Assembly: GCF_006345805.1 (NCBI RefSeq)
Contig: NW_021824672.1
Coordinates: 1 to 37,546 of the forward strand
DNA from: Octopus sinensis
Lineage: Eukaryota
Direction: 5' to 3'
Length of the DNA stretch: 37,546 bases
The notes under the pieces were generated by a model, which was not told the origin of the DNA, made no database searches, and saw only the letters and a list, made by a program, of their open reading frames with translations. The translations under genes and the position numbers were made by a program. Numbering within the stretch: position 1 is the first letter of the stretch; every line of letters begins with the position of its first letter. Shown here piece by piece: positions 11,471 through 23,619 of this stretch.

Positions 11471-12492
11471 GTATGTATGCGCATACTCATATAAACATAT
11501 ACAATATAATCATACACACGAGAATGTGTGTGTATGCGTACATACATTTATGCGTATATGGTGATTGCTCCGTATTCATAGATGATTGTCGTCTCCTTTT
11601 GCTTCCTTGTTACCAACGGCATAATTGACTCACCGTCCGTAAACCCTCAAGTGATCATACGATCCCACTACAAAGATCCATAACTGTGCGCTTCCAGTTG
11701 ATTAGGTCTGTACACGTGACCACTCTTCCATTGCCATGGGGCTTTCAGCAGATGAAATGCCAAATGAGGTCACCATAAAGAAACAACCGTACGTCATTGG
11801 ATTACAGCCTTAAACGCTTGTACAACACAAGTACCACATTATGAGTCTCAACGATTATTACCCAGTGACAGGCCGAAGCCAGAGGATCTGTAATCATGTG
11901 AAACTGCGACTTTTACATCAGAGTGTCCTTCTTACAGAAGGACGCCGTGGAAACAGTTGGGGAGTCCTCACTTCCAGTGGTTTTAATAGGATAGCCGTTG
12001 ACTCCCCTGAGTTCATTTGCCCTTATACGGGCCTTGCTCTTCATCCTGTAGGTTGTCCAAAGACAACCCTACTCACCAAGCATGTTTAGTGATGTTCCTG
12101 GTTTAGTCACCGACTGTCTGACCGCGCAACAGGCTGTACTGGGTTACATGTTACCAGTAGTACTTAAGAGCGACCTGGCATGCGTACATACATACATACA
12201 TACATACATACATACATACATACATACATACATACATACATACATACATTCATACATACATACATACATACATATATGGAACTGCATGTAGATAAATAAA
12301 TTTACACAAATACATACATGCACACGCACACACACATACACACATGCATTTTTTATTAGCATATACATACAAATATACGTTCATACATAAATACATTTAT
12401 ATACATACAATAATATATACATGCCAGCATACATACACATATAAAGACATATGAACATAAGCACATACAGAAGAGGCATACATAATTACAGA

Positions 12493-13479
12493 CAGGGCCG
12501 TCGCTAAGCCCCTGCAACCCCTGCGGATCAGGGGGCCTACGCGGTTGAGGGGCCCCATGTGAAGATCAAAGTACGTAGATGAGTTATCTATTTACTTTGG
12601 TTATAATGGTGAACAAGAATTAAGCAATGCTAACCGAAAACTTCAAGAAATAAAATGGTAATACACTGTACCTGCAAAAGTTCTTGTAAAAATATTGCGT
12701 TGTAACACGAACATCCCCACCTAAATATGTTCTTTAGGATAACGTGAAATATTGAACTTCAGATAGAATAAAGTAAAATATAACTATGAATAAAAGATGC
12801 GTAGATAATAAATTTTGAAGGTGACGATCTGACAGAAACGTTAGCACGCCGGGCGAAATGCTTAGCGGTATTTCGTCTGCCGCTATGTTCTGAGTTCAAA
12901 TTCCGCCGAGGTCGACTTTGCCGTTCATCCTTTCGGGGTCAATTAAGTAAGTACCGGTTACGCACTGGGATCGATATAATCGACTTAATCCCTTTGTCTG
13001 TCCTTGTCTGTCACTTATGTGTTTAGCCCCTTGTGGGTAGTAAAGAAATAGGTATTTCGCCTGCCGTTACGTTCTGAGTTCAAATTCCACCGAGGTCGAC
13101 TTTGCCTTTCATCCTTTCGGGGTCGATTAAATAAGTACCAGTTACACACTGTGGTCGATATAATCGACTTAATCCGTTTGTGTGTCCTTGTTTGTTCTTT
13201 CTGTGTTTAGCCCCTTGTGGGTAGTAAAGAAATAGGTATTTCGTCTGTCTCTACGTTCTGAGTTCAAATTCCACCGAGGTCGACTTTGCCTTTCATCCTT
13301 TCGGGGGTCAATAAATTAAGTACCAGTTGTGTACTGGAGTCGATCTAATCGACTGGCCACCTCCCCAAAATTTTCGGGCCTTGTGCCTAGAGTAGAAAAG
13401 ATAATCAATTTCGATTGAAGGAATGGGGACTCGAAAGGAAAAGTTTCACTGGGGCTCTAAAAGTCAAGTGACGCGCCTG
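12493..13479. mobile_element. hAT-type MITE interrupted by a SINE B
   Basis: Ends cagggccgtcgc.. and ..gtgacgcgcctg; 8-bp TSD attacaga/attacagg. Confidence 0.6.
12818..13402 (+). mobile_element. SINE family B with three 184-bp units
   Basis: Units start at 12867, 13051 and 13235; imperfect TSD agataat(a/c)aattt. Confidence 0.9.
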
Positions 13480-13919
13480 ATTACAGGCATACATTCTGCT
13501 ACCCAAAAAGCATCCATCCATGCATCCATCCCAGCAAACATCCACCCGTATATATAAATGTATGGCTCTCTGTTGGTTTCGGCGATGAGGGTTTAATTGC
13601 TCGACCTCAATAATTATCAGCTCCTGAATTAAGTAAGGTATAAGTAGCTAAATACACCACAGACTTGTGTACCCTTAATATAATTTGCAGACAGAACCAG
13701 CATGACCCATTAAGACAAGTAGGGTGTAGCTTATAAATTCCAGGTACAATCCAATCGATGGGTTTCTATACAATTTCCGACAACCCGATTTCATCCACAC
13801 AGTACAGATCGATTTGAGGGTTTTTAAGATGATATTTGCTCAAAAGCCACGCAGTGGATCGCACCTGAGATCTTGTGGTTGTGAAGCGAACTTCTTAACC
13901 ATTCAGCCATTCTGCTGAT

Positions 13920-14305
13920 ACACACACACACTTACATACATACACACATACATACATAAATACACATATACATACATACATACATACATACATACATACA
14001 TACATACATACATACATACATACATACGTACGTACGTACGTGTGTACGTACATGTATGCATGCATCCATCCATCCATATACATACATACGGTCATACATA
14101 CGTGCGTACATACATAGATACATACATGCGTACATACATATGTACCTACACGTATACATACATACGTACATACATACACACATACATACGCACATACACA
14201 CACACATACATACACACATATATACATAGATACATACACACATACAAACATAGATACATACGTACATGCGTACACATGTACATACATGCATACATATATA
14301 TACAT
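13920..14305. repeat. Compound (TACA)n/(CA)n microsatellite
   Basis: Directly visible; source of the spurious YVCM-type ORFs. Confidence 0.95.
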
Positions 14306-14312
14306 ACTTTAC

Positions 14313-14680
14313 AGACCATACATAGCGATTTGTGACAGAAAAGAGAATCTGTTTACAGTTGTCGAATTCAATTACCCAGCGGGTGTCAACTTTAAGCTTA
14401 AAGATCAGCGGAAAAGAAAACACCAACATCGAACTATAAAGACATTTACAGATACTCTACCCGGGGTGCAAGGTCAGATTTATACCCGTAATAATTAGAG
14501 CACTGGTATATATAACAAATTGCATCAGTACTAACTTTGTGAGATTCTCAAAACCAGAAAGATGAAAGCTAATTAGAAGATTAAAGGTACAAGCAATCAG
14601 TGGAACAGTCATAATATTTAAACCTTTCCAAAAGTTTAGCTTATGAGCACGTACGCAGCATACGTCTAGACATATAACTT
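14313..14680 (+). mobile_element. RLE-type (R4/Dong-like) LINE endonuclease fragment, frameshifted
   Basis: RPYIAICDRKENLFTVVEFNYPAGVN..K / RHLQILYPGCKVRFIPVIIRALVY matches the RPD..D....VE...P..N...K...IP.IIGALG pattern. Confidence 0.75.
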
Positions 14681-15403
14681 AGGTGTGAGCATTGACAGCT
14701 CAACCAACATATTAATTTAATCACATATTTACAAGCCCCGGGAACTCTCTTAATACAAGAAGTCTTGTCGCTTTGTTAGCAGCTAAGTTGGACCCTCTTA
14801 AGAATGTAAATAAAGTTCAGAGGAAAATTATACATCCATCGCTCGATCGATCCATCCATCCATATATAGGCGTGTATCAATCCATGGATGCATTCATCCA
14901 TGAATACGGATATAATATCACCAAGTGTATTATTTATCTTTCTTATATAATAATAATTATAATAATGGAAAAAAAAACCCCAGCTTTAGTCTAGTATTCT
15001 CTAATTCCGCAATTCTATTTGTTTTTTTTTTTTATCAAACAGAATGGCGTTTGTTTAATCTATGTTGCACAACAGTTGAGAAATAAAGTTTTGTCTCTGT
15101 AATACTCAGTATACACACACACGCTCTCTCTCTCTCTCGTTCTCTCTCCCTCTCTCTCCCCCTCTCTCTCTCACGCATGCATGCATATATCGATTTCGTA
15201 TCGATTTTTGCGAGCTTTTGAACATGTCTTTGATCTGATATACGCATTGATTGACTGATCTGAAAAACGGAAGCGTCAGGACAGGTGCAAACATGTGTCT
15301 GTTCCTGTAGACTGGGGAGTCGTTTCAGTTGCTAGAAACAACAGCTGAAATCACTAATTACGCACTGCGGCATAGAGAAAATGATATTCAACAAATTAAT
15401 TAC

Positions 15404-15578
15404 TCTTTCACTCTTTTACTTGTTTCAGTCATTTGACTGTGGCCATGCTGGAGCAAATCGACCCCAAGACTTATTCTTTGTAAGCCTAGTACTTATTCTA
15501 TCGGTTTCTTTTGCCAAACCGCTAAGTTACGGGGACGTAAACACACCAGCATCGGTTGTCAAGCGATGTTGGGGGGGA

Positions 15579-15627
<49 letters not shown>

Positions 15628-15812
15628 ATACACACGCACACATATACATACTACGGGCTTCTTTCAGTTTCAATCAACCAAATCCACTCACAAGGCATTG
15701 GTCGGCCCGAGGCTATAGTAGAATACACTTGCCCAAGGTGCCACGTAGTGGGACTGAACCCGGAACCATGGGGCTGGTAAGCAAGCTACTTACCACACAG
15801 CCACTCCTACGC
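15404..15812 (-). mobile_element. SINE family C, full length
   Basis: Reverse complement of 34523-34920, with an internal (CA)n. Confidence 0.9.
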
Positions 15813-15911
15813 TCATAAGTTTGGAATGGCTCTGATCATTAGGCCGACTTAGTCAGGGATTACCTGGGGCTCACCAACATCAATAACGAGGACAGCAACA
15901 TATTCAGTTAT

Positions 15912-16082
15912 TATTTTAATTGCTTCAGTCATTGGTGTGCGGCCATACTGGGGCAATGCCTTGTAAACTTCGACCCCAGAACCTATCTAAGTCTAGTACT
16001 TAATCTGTCGGTCTCTTTTGCTGACCAGCTAAGTTACTGAGACGTAAGTAGGCCAACACCGGTTGTCAAGCAACGAGGAGAA
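15912..16082 (-). mobile_element. Diverged SINE C 3' half
   Basis: cagtcatt..gcggccatactggggc..cgacccca..ccggttgtcaagc. Confidence 0.6.
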
Positions 16083-16434
16083 AAAACAAAAGGCACGCGT
16101 GCGCGCACACATGCATGCATACACACAGCATACCCCACACCCAAACATTTGTTTCAACGCACGAGTTCATATAAAGAATCTTGTAAACCAGACGAAATAT
16201 ATATACGAAATATATATACACCTGTACACAAACAAAAAAAAAAGAAAAAAAAAAAGAACGCAGCTCCGATAAGGGACAGAATCAACGACTATTGAAGAGG
16301 TTGCAAGAAGCAACAAAAATTTTAGAAAAAAACAACTTAAATGAGTAGAAACAGAACCGGTGAGTGTGTTAATTAACAAGACATTAAAACAGAATAACTC
16401 TCCCCTGACACAACAATATATATATATATATATA

Positions 16435-16651
16435 TTAGGTTGGTGCCTAATTATTGCGGCTTTTTTTTTTCAATAAATTTTTATTTAACAAAAAATTAAA
16501 ACAAAATGCCAATTTAAACAAAACACCAAGTAGAAATTGAAGTAGATGGTGAATATGCTCCGGAATAATCATTTAAAGATGTTTTTGTTAAATGTTTTTG
16601 TTAGATAAAATTTATTGAGAAAAGCCGCAATAATTATGCACCAACACCTAA
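16435..16651. mobile_element. mariner MITE
   Basis: TIRs ttaggttggtgcctaattattgcggc and gccgcaataattatgcaccaacacctaa, with TA flanks; Hsmar1/MADE1-like TIR. Confidence 0.85.
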
Positions 16652-16661
16652 TACACACACA

Positions 16662-16698
<37 letters not shown>

Positions 16699-16699
<1 letters not shown>

Positions 16700-17195
16700 G
16701 AGTGAGTGGACTAAAGAAAGAAGGGCACTCAACACATTTATTGGGAGTTACATGTATGGATCAAAGCAGTTGTTGGTCTGTCCGTGCAGGCAATCCTAAC
16801 GTCTGGATTCTTCACGACAACAACGCACCCTGTTACTGACATCTCCTCAATCGTGAGTTTCTCACCAAGAACAACATGGTATCGCTTCCGCATCTTCCCT
16901 ATTTGCCAGATTTAGCACCTGAAGACTTCCATCTCTTCTCCAACATGAAAATGCAGCTCAATGCTCACTGTTTTAACACCGTTGTCGAGATCCAGAGCGA
17001 ATCGCAGAAGGTCCCCGACTCGCTTACGGAAAACGACTTCAGAGCCGGGTTCCAAAAGTGGCAGGAACGCTGGGACCATTGTATTGTTGCGCAAGGTGCT
17101 TCTTTTGAAAGAGATGGTGGTAAAATTTAGGTCAATAAATTGTTGTTTTTTTTATTAAATATCTCTAGTCCGGGAACTCTTTGATACCACCTCGT
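16699..17195 (+). mobile_element. Internally deleted mariner with decayed transposase C-terminus
   Basis: WILHDNNAP and LPHLPYLPDLAPEDFHLF..KWQERWDHCIVAQG (HDNA / YSPDLAP.D motifs); ends tacgag.. and ..ctcgt. Confidence 0.9.
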
Positions 17196-17798
17196 TTAAG
17201 AAGTATAGGCTTAAAAACTATACATATGTCTATGGTATATACTAAGCAAGCTCGCTCAAAATGTTGCCCTGGAGAAACATTTATAGAATTGTTTGGTTTC
17301 TAACTATCTGAAAATGACAAATGAAGGGGCACGGAGAAAAATTTGCAATGCATAGAACTATTCATCTGGTTTGTTAAATGTGGCACTTGGTGTATCGCCT
17401 TTCAGTAAGTAAATTTATCCTTAGTGCTACTGTACGTATTGAGTAGTTAGCATGCTTCATACGTTCGACACAGTCCAATGCATAGAAATAAATAATTTAT
17501 AAATGAATAAATAACACAACGGATGATGTAACAGAAGTTAAGTAACCCAGAGGAGACAATAAAAGAAATTATACATTATATATTTGCTTTCAAACTTGCT
17601 GAGCAGGAAAAGCGCTGAGGAAGTCCGTTGATCGAAACTACTCACTGCGAAGAAATGAATATTATTTTTTTCGATATTTATACATCACAAGAGAGAACGT
17701 ACAAAAAACAAAAAAAAAAACAAAACAAACAAAAGACGTAAACGGGTGTGTAAACATCAAACAGATGTATTAGTTTGACGTTCGGGAAATGAGAAAGT

Positions 17799-17834
17799 CT
17801 TTTACATTTCGAGCCTACGCTCTTCGACAGAAAG
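17799..17834 (-). ncRNA. Hammerhead motif, decayed variant, within PLE-derived repeat 17690-17885
   Basis: CUUU-CUGUCGA-A-GAGC(GUAG)GCUC-GAAA-UG-U-A-AAAG; A6U and stem III substitutions. Confidence 0.45.
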
Positions 17835-17902
17835 GAACACAGAAATAAGCAGAGAGAGAAAATAGAAGAAAGGTATAGGGGCTAGCGATCTATCATATAT
17901 AT

Positions 17903-17948
<46 letters not shown>

Positions 17949-18600
17949 ATAATATATATATATATATACTGATAATAAGAAGAATGTACACAAACAAAAA
18001 AGACCTAAGTAGTCAAAATATAAAACGTAACGTCGGATGGAAGTTAAAAGAAATTTACCATAAGACGCACCTTCTGAAGAAACCAGCCTTGGCATTTTAC
18101 TCAGAGAAATTCGGTATCTACCTGGATATTTCATCCCATCTCTTACTGTGTATATATATATATATATGCGTGTGTGTGTGTGTATGTATGCATATATCTA
18201 TATCTATATCGTTGTATATATATATATTTACTGTTAACAAGAGTGGATGTGTTGCATTCAGTTATTCCATATATATGAAAAATCCATTAAATTCTACAAA
18301 ATGTACACGTTTAACAGACACAAGAACTCTAATACTTCATCAATTATTGACCGAAAAATATCAATACCTAGTTTCATGATAAGACTAGGGACTTCATACA
18401 TCGGCGGCACCCGCCAGATTTGCAGAGTATTAGGGCTCGAACAAGCAAAAATAATACAGGGTGGAGGTACGAAAGTAAACAACAGTAATTTGAAACGGTA
18501 GACGAAGACATCAAATAATAAATATAACCTTGGACCAAACATTAGAACGATGGATTAACGACTGGGAGAAATCCTCAAATGGATTTTATATTCTCGTGTC

Positions 18601-19001
18601 ATATTTCTTTATTGCCCACAAGGGGCTAGACATAGAGGGGACAAACAATGGCAGACAAAGGGATTAAGCCAATTAGATTGACCCCAGTGCGTAACTGGTA
18701 CTTAATTTATCGACCTCGAAAGGATGAAAGGCAAAGTCAACCTCGACAGAATTTGAACTCAGAACGTAACGGCAGACGAAATACCTATTTCTTTACTACC
18801 CACAAGGGGCTAAACACAGAGAGGACAGACAAACGGATTAAGTCGATTATATCGACCCCAGTGCGTAACTGGTACTTATTTAATCGACTCCGAAAGGATG
18901 AAAAGCAAAGTCGACCTTGGCGGAATTTGAACTCAGAACGTAGCGGCAGACGAAATACCGCTAGGCATTTTGTCCGGCATGCTAACGATTCTGCCAGCTC
19001 G
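18601..19001 (-). mobile_element. SINE family B, multi-unit, 3'-truncated
   Basis: Reverse-complement units and head ctgccagctc. Confidence 0.85.
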
Positions 19002-19102
19002 TGTTTGGTCTCAAGGCTATATTAATTATTTGATGTCTTCGTCTACCGTTTTAAATTATTGTTGTTTACTTTCGTACGTCCACCCTGTATTTGTGTATGT
19101 AT

Positions 19103-19162
<60 letters not shown>

Positions 19163-19251
19163 TTTTATGTATTGATTAAGTCTTTCCTTGTTTGGTTTTA
19201 AAATAGTGGTTTTGTCTCGAATTATATTATATATATATATATGGCTATATA

Positions 19252-19478
19252 CAGGGTGCGGAAGATATTCGTCGAATTTGGGTCAGTTTGTCTTCGTGAC
19301 ATGTTCTTGGTCTCGATAGCAGCCTTCAGGCGAGTTGGGTGGCCAAATGCCAGGTGTGATGGAAGAAATTCTCGAACAGCCAGGCCTACATCTTCCGGCT
19401 GGTGTGGTATAAGGCGCAGAGTTTTGTTAACGCACATACGGTCTACCTTGCAGCTACCGTCTACCATTGCACTCAAAA
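19252..19478 (-). mobile_element. Tc1/mariner (maT/DD37D-like) transposase remnant
   Basis: Across frameshifts: GRPYVR*QNSAP, HTSRK..AWLFENF, ITPGIWPPNSP; TA-cagggtg terminus at 19250. Confidence 0.7.
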
Positions 19479-19908
19479 AGTCGAGGACTTACTGAAATGC
19501 AATTGTTCAAGGTGCTGCACAGTGGGACCGAACCGAAGACCAGATGGATGGGCAGCAAAGCCTCTAACCACAAAGCCACGCCAGCGATCTCTCCCTAGAT
19601 TTTACAATTGAAATATCATTTTATAATTAATGATGTGAAGAGAAAGAGTGTGTTTATGCTATCCGACTTTGGTACTAATGATTTCACAAGTAAATGATCA
19701 ATGAGAGATCAATAGCGTTGCTGTTTTCCTATTTGATTAGTTATGTGTGTCTGTGCGCATTTGCCTGTATGTGTGTGACGGTGTGTGATATTATTGGAGA
19801 TTGTGGCTGTGGTTCTCGACGACTGGGACAGACAGACATTCATAAAGTTACATAAGAAGTCAGAGTAAATAGACCGCAATAAAGCATGGTTATGACAAAG
19901 GAAATGTA

Positions 19909-20512
19909 AAATATATTTCTTTATTGCCCATAAGGGGCTAAACATGGAGGGGACAAACAAGGACAGACAAAAGGATTAAGTCGATTACGTCAACCCCTGT
20001 GCGTAACTGGTACTTATTTAATCAACCCTGAAAGGATGAGAGGCAAAGTCAACCTCGGCGGAATTTGAACCCAGAACGTAGCGACAGACGAAATACCTAT
20101 TTCTTTACTGTCCTCAAGGGGCTAAACACAAAGAGGACAAACAAGGATAGACAAAGAGATTAAGTCGATTATATCGACCCCAGTGCGTAACTGGTACTTA
20201 ATTTATCGACCCCGAAAGGATGAAAGGCAAAGTCGACCTCGGTGGAATTTGAACTCAGACCGTAAAGACAGACGAAATACCTATTTCTTTACTAACCACA
20301 AGGGGCTAAACACATAAGGGACAGACAAGGACAGACAAAGGGATTAAGTCGATTATATCGACTCCAGTGCGTAACTGCTACTTATTTAATCGACCCCGAA
20401 AGGATGAAAGGCAAAGTCGACCTCGGCGGAATTTGAACACAACGTAGCGGCAGACGAAATACCGCTAAGCATGTCGCCCGGCGTGCTAACGTCTCTGCCA
20501 GCTCACCACCTG
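19909..20512 (-). mobile_element. SINE family B, three-plus units
   Basis: Tandem reverse-complement units; TSD aaaggaaa(t/c)gta at 19897-19908 and 20513-20524. Confidence 0.9.
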
Positions 20513-20529
20513 AAAGGAAACGTAGTATA

Positions 20530-20790
20530 GGCGCTGGCATGGCCTTGAGGTTAATACGTTTGCTTCCTGATCATATGGTTCCGACATGTGTCTCACTGTG
20601 CGTTAAATTAAGCAAGTGTCTTCCATAATGTCCGCGGTCCAACAAACACTTTGCGAGGGAATTTGATTGACGGAAACTGTGTGGAAGCCTGTTGTGCTCT
20701 TGAGCGAGACACTTCATTTCACGTTGCAGCAGTCCAGTCAGTTGTAAATAAGTAACCCTGCAACAAATTAGCCTTCCGATTTGTTGGGGT
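20530..20790 (+). mobile_element. Old SINE fragments (C-like head plus second SINE body)
   Basis: ggcatggccttgaggtt..gcaagtgtcttc and cttgagcgagacacttcatttcac motifs. Confidence 0.45.
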
Positions 20791-21396
20791 GAGGGTGGGG
20801 GTGGGGAGGAGTGTGTATCCGGCAGGGTGGCTTCATTCGAAAGCTAAAACGATGTAAGGAAGTGCATTGTGACTAGCGATGTAAAACAAAATCCGATAAT
20901 CTGATCAACACATTGATACACACACACACACACACACACAACACACACACACACACACACACATACATACACACACACACATATATATATATATACATAT
21001 ATATAATTCTTTAATTATTTCATTACTTTACTTTTTTCAGTCATTTGACACGCTACACACTTAGAACATTAAAACTTAGAGTTCCAGGTCAATCTGTGCC
21101 CACCATCTTCACTCACCGTTCGTTACTATAGCAGCAGTCCGGATACACATTGATCTGACCGCGTAGAGTATATATATATATTATATAATTATATAAAGTA
21201 GATGTATTATAAATTGTTATATAGACCAGAGAGAACATTACAGAGGTATATAAAATATAAATATAATTCTTATATATCACTGATATATATTTGTTATATA
21301 TTATGGATATATATTATAGTGATATGCTAAATAATACATTATATTGATACACAACTTCGTAAATTAGATCTGTTTGGTGGGTATACAGAGTAAGAG

Positions 21397-21773
21397 GGAG
21401 TACGATGGCCCAGTGGTTAGGACAGCGGACTCACGGTCATAGGATCGCGGTTTCGATTCCCAGACCGGGCGTTGTGAGTGTTTATTGAGCGAAAATGCTT
21501 AATGCTTCACGAGGCTCTGGCAGGGGGTGTTAGTGAACCCTGCTATACTCTTTCACCACAGTTTTCTCTCACTTTTCTTTCTGTTTCTGTTGTATCTGTA
21601 TTTCAAAGGCCCAGACTTGTCACACTCTGTGTCTCATTGAATCTCCCTGAGAACTACATTAAGGGTACACGTGTCTGTGGAGTGCTCAGCCACTTGCACG
21701 TTAATTTCACGAGCAGGCTGTTCCGTTGATCGGTTCAACTGGAACCCTCGTCGTCGTAACCGACGGAGTGCCA
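21397..21773 (+). mobile_element. SINE family A, full length
   Basis: Same as 2888-3254. Confidence 0.9.
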
Positions 21774-22010
21774 TGATGCATATATATATATATATATATA
21801 TGTATATGTATGTATGTATGTGTGTAGGCATACATACAGGTAAGGCTTGTATATCACCTAGATTCATTTTATTCTCCATAGTTCCGATTCCTATCTGGGA
21901 TTTTAACTCTTAAGTCTTGCTGAGATTAATCTCAACGACCACAAAACAACAACATAAGCATTAATAGCTGTAACGGCTGCCAGAAAAGCAGCAAAACAAC
22001 TAGAAGCAGT

Positions 22011-22570
22011 TGGGTGCTGATGAAGGGGAACCCCGCCTCCCCGAACTATGGCATATATACACATTACCCATTCTTGTCTTCGATCTCATTGTTTACATCT
22101 GACGTCCCGATACGAAAAGTTGTAGTCAAAACATTAGTGCTGGTTATAATTTCTGTAGAAATAACCTTTAAAAATAATGTAGAGAGCACTGCTAACACAG
22201 TAGAACGTTGTGCTAACTTATAAAAACATTATGACTTATAAAATACTTATAAAATACTTTATGGTGTATTTTGATTGCATAACGAAATACCACGTGCCTA
22301 CAAGGCATTAATGTCTACATAGCAGCTCCAGGAATGCGTTTAATATGTAAATTGGTATCTCAAATAACTTAATACCAGTGGCTATATAAGCAATGTGTTC
22401 AGAGGCGAGAGTGGGTTAAGTCGCTGATGATGAAGGAGAAAAAACTCCGAAAATTGGTATATACACTCATTACCCATTTTTGTCTTCGATCTCATTGTTT
22501 ATTTACATTTGACGTCTTGATGACAAGAAATCAGTCCTGGTTATAATTTCTATGGAAATAACCTTGACAA
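22011..22570 (+). repeat. Two diverged direct repeats about 406 bp apart, each starting with a hammerhead-like motif
   Basis: ttaccca..gtcttcgatctcattgttt..ctggttataatttct..gaaataacctt at 22064 and 22470; CTGATGA..stem..GAA(A) at 22017 and about 22424. Confidence 0.7.
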
Positions 22571-22609
22571 ATTAAGGTAACCATTATACGTTAGTTATCA
22601 CTATCTTGT

Positions 22610-22988
22610 ATCTTTTTACTAGTTTCACTCATTAGACTGTGGCCATGCTGGGGCATCACCTTGAAGAATTTTTAGTCAAATGAATCGACCCCAGGACTTA
22701 TTTTATTGTTAAGCCTCTTACTTATCCTATCTGTCACTTTTGCCTAACCGCTATGTTACAGGGTCCTAAACAAACCACCACCGGTTATCTAGTTGTGGTG
22801 GTGTTCGTGGGAGGTGGGGGCGGGGCAAATACAAACAGAAAAACACACACACACATACGCCGGGATTTTTTCAGTTTCCGCCTACCAAATCCACTCAATG
22901 TTTTTGGCCTGCCCTAGGGTTTAGTGGAAGATACTTGCTCTAAGTGCCCACACAGTGGAGCTGAACCCGGAAGCACGTGGTTGAGAAA
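22610..22988 (-). mobile_element. Diverged SINE family C
   Basis: gactgtggccatgctgggg..tttcagtttccgcctaccaaatccactc..gaacccggaagcacgtgg. Confidence 0.75.
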
Positions 22989-23016
22989 CATGCAGTAATA
23001 AAGAAACCATATCTAC

Positions 23017-23619
23017 CTGTCACTCAATATTTTCATGAACAGCTAAGATTCGTCTTTGAAGGAGAACTTTTTGAGCCAGTGGAATGTTGTAGTCTTGATT
23101 GTTGTTGACAAAAGAGCCACTTCGAGTACGTTTGGATCGAGTTCGTAAACGTGGCTTTTCTACCACTATATCGGTTGAACTTTCATTACTTGTATTAGCC
23201 CACCCTTGCCGTACCCCTTCAAAGCGATTTCCTCGCTCTAACGAAGTACCCGCCATATTTAAATCGTTCGTTTCAAACCGAGGTACAACTGGACCAACGT
23301 CCATATTCAACTGGAAAGGATGTCCTGCTAAGTATGTACTATACACTGGCTGTAGTGGTTTATTATACGACGACGGGAAATCGTTGGATGCGAATGTATT
23401 TGTAATCAGTTCATTGTTTTGATGTAAGAAGTCCATTTCTGTTATGAAACTTGAGTTGCTGTCGCAATGTGTTGGTTCTGGGGTCGGAGTTCGTCTGGCA
23501 TCAGTCGTTTCTTTGGTTAAATGCGTGATATCAACACTTTCACTTGAATCCGAGTCATCCCAGAATTCAAAGGTGTTCTCAGCTCTATCAGAAGTCTGTG
23601 GAGGATTGTTACAAGGGTC
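23017..23619 (-). CDS. Internal coding exon (603 bp, phase 0/0) of probably the same gene, with TGA at 23022-23020
   Basis: The 138-aa ORF extends 61 open codons upstream (DPCNNPPQTSDRAENTFEFWDDS...) to acceptor cttttattcctag|GAC. The best donor CAG|GTAGAT lies 3 nt after the TGA. Linkage to exon 5355-4177 is inferred from strand, phase and composition. Confidence 0.75.

Noticed and set aside
12818-13402. Regular tandem units that could suggest a CRISPR array
   Set aside because: The 184-bp units are fully repeated with no unique spacers, have a SINE head and TSD, and lie in a eukaryotic context.
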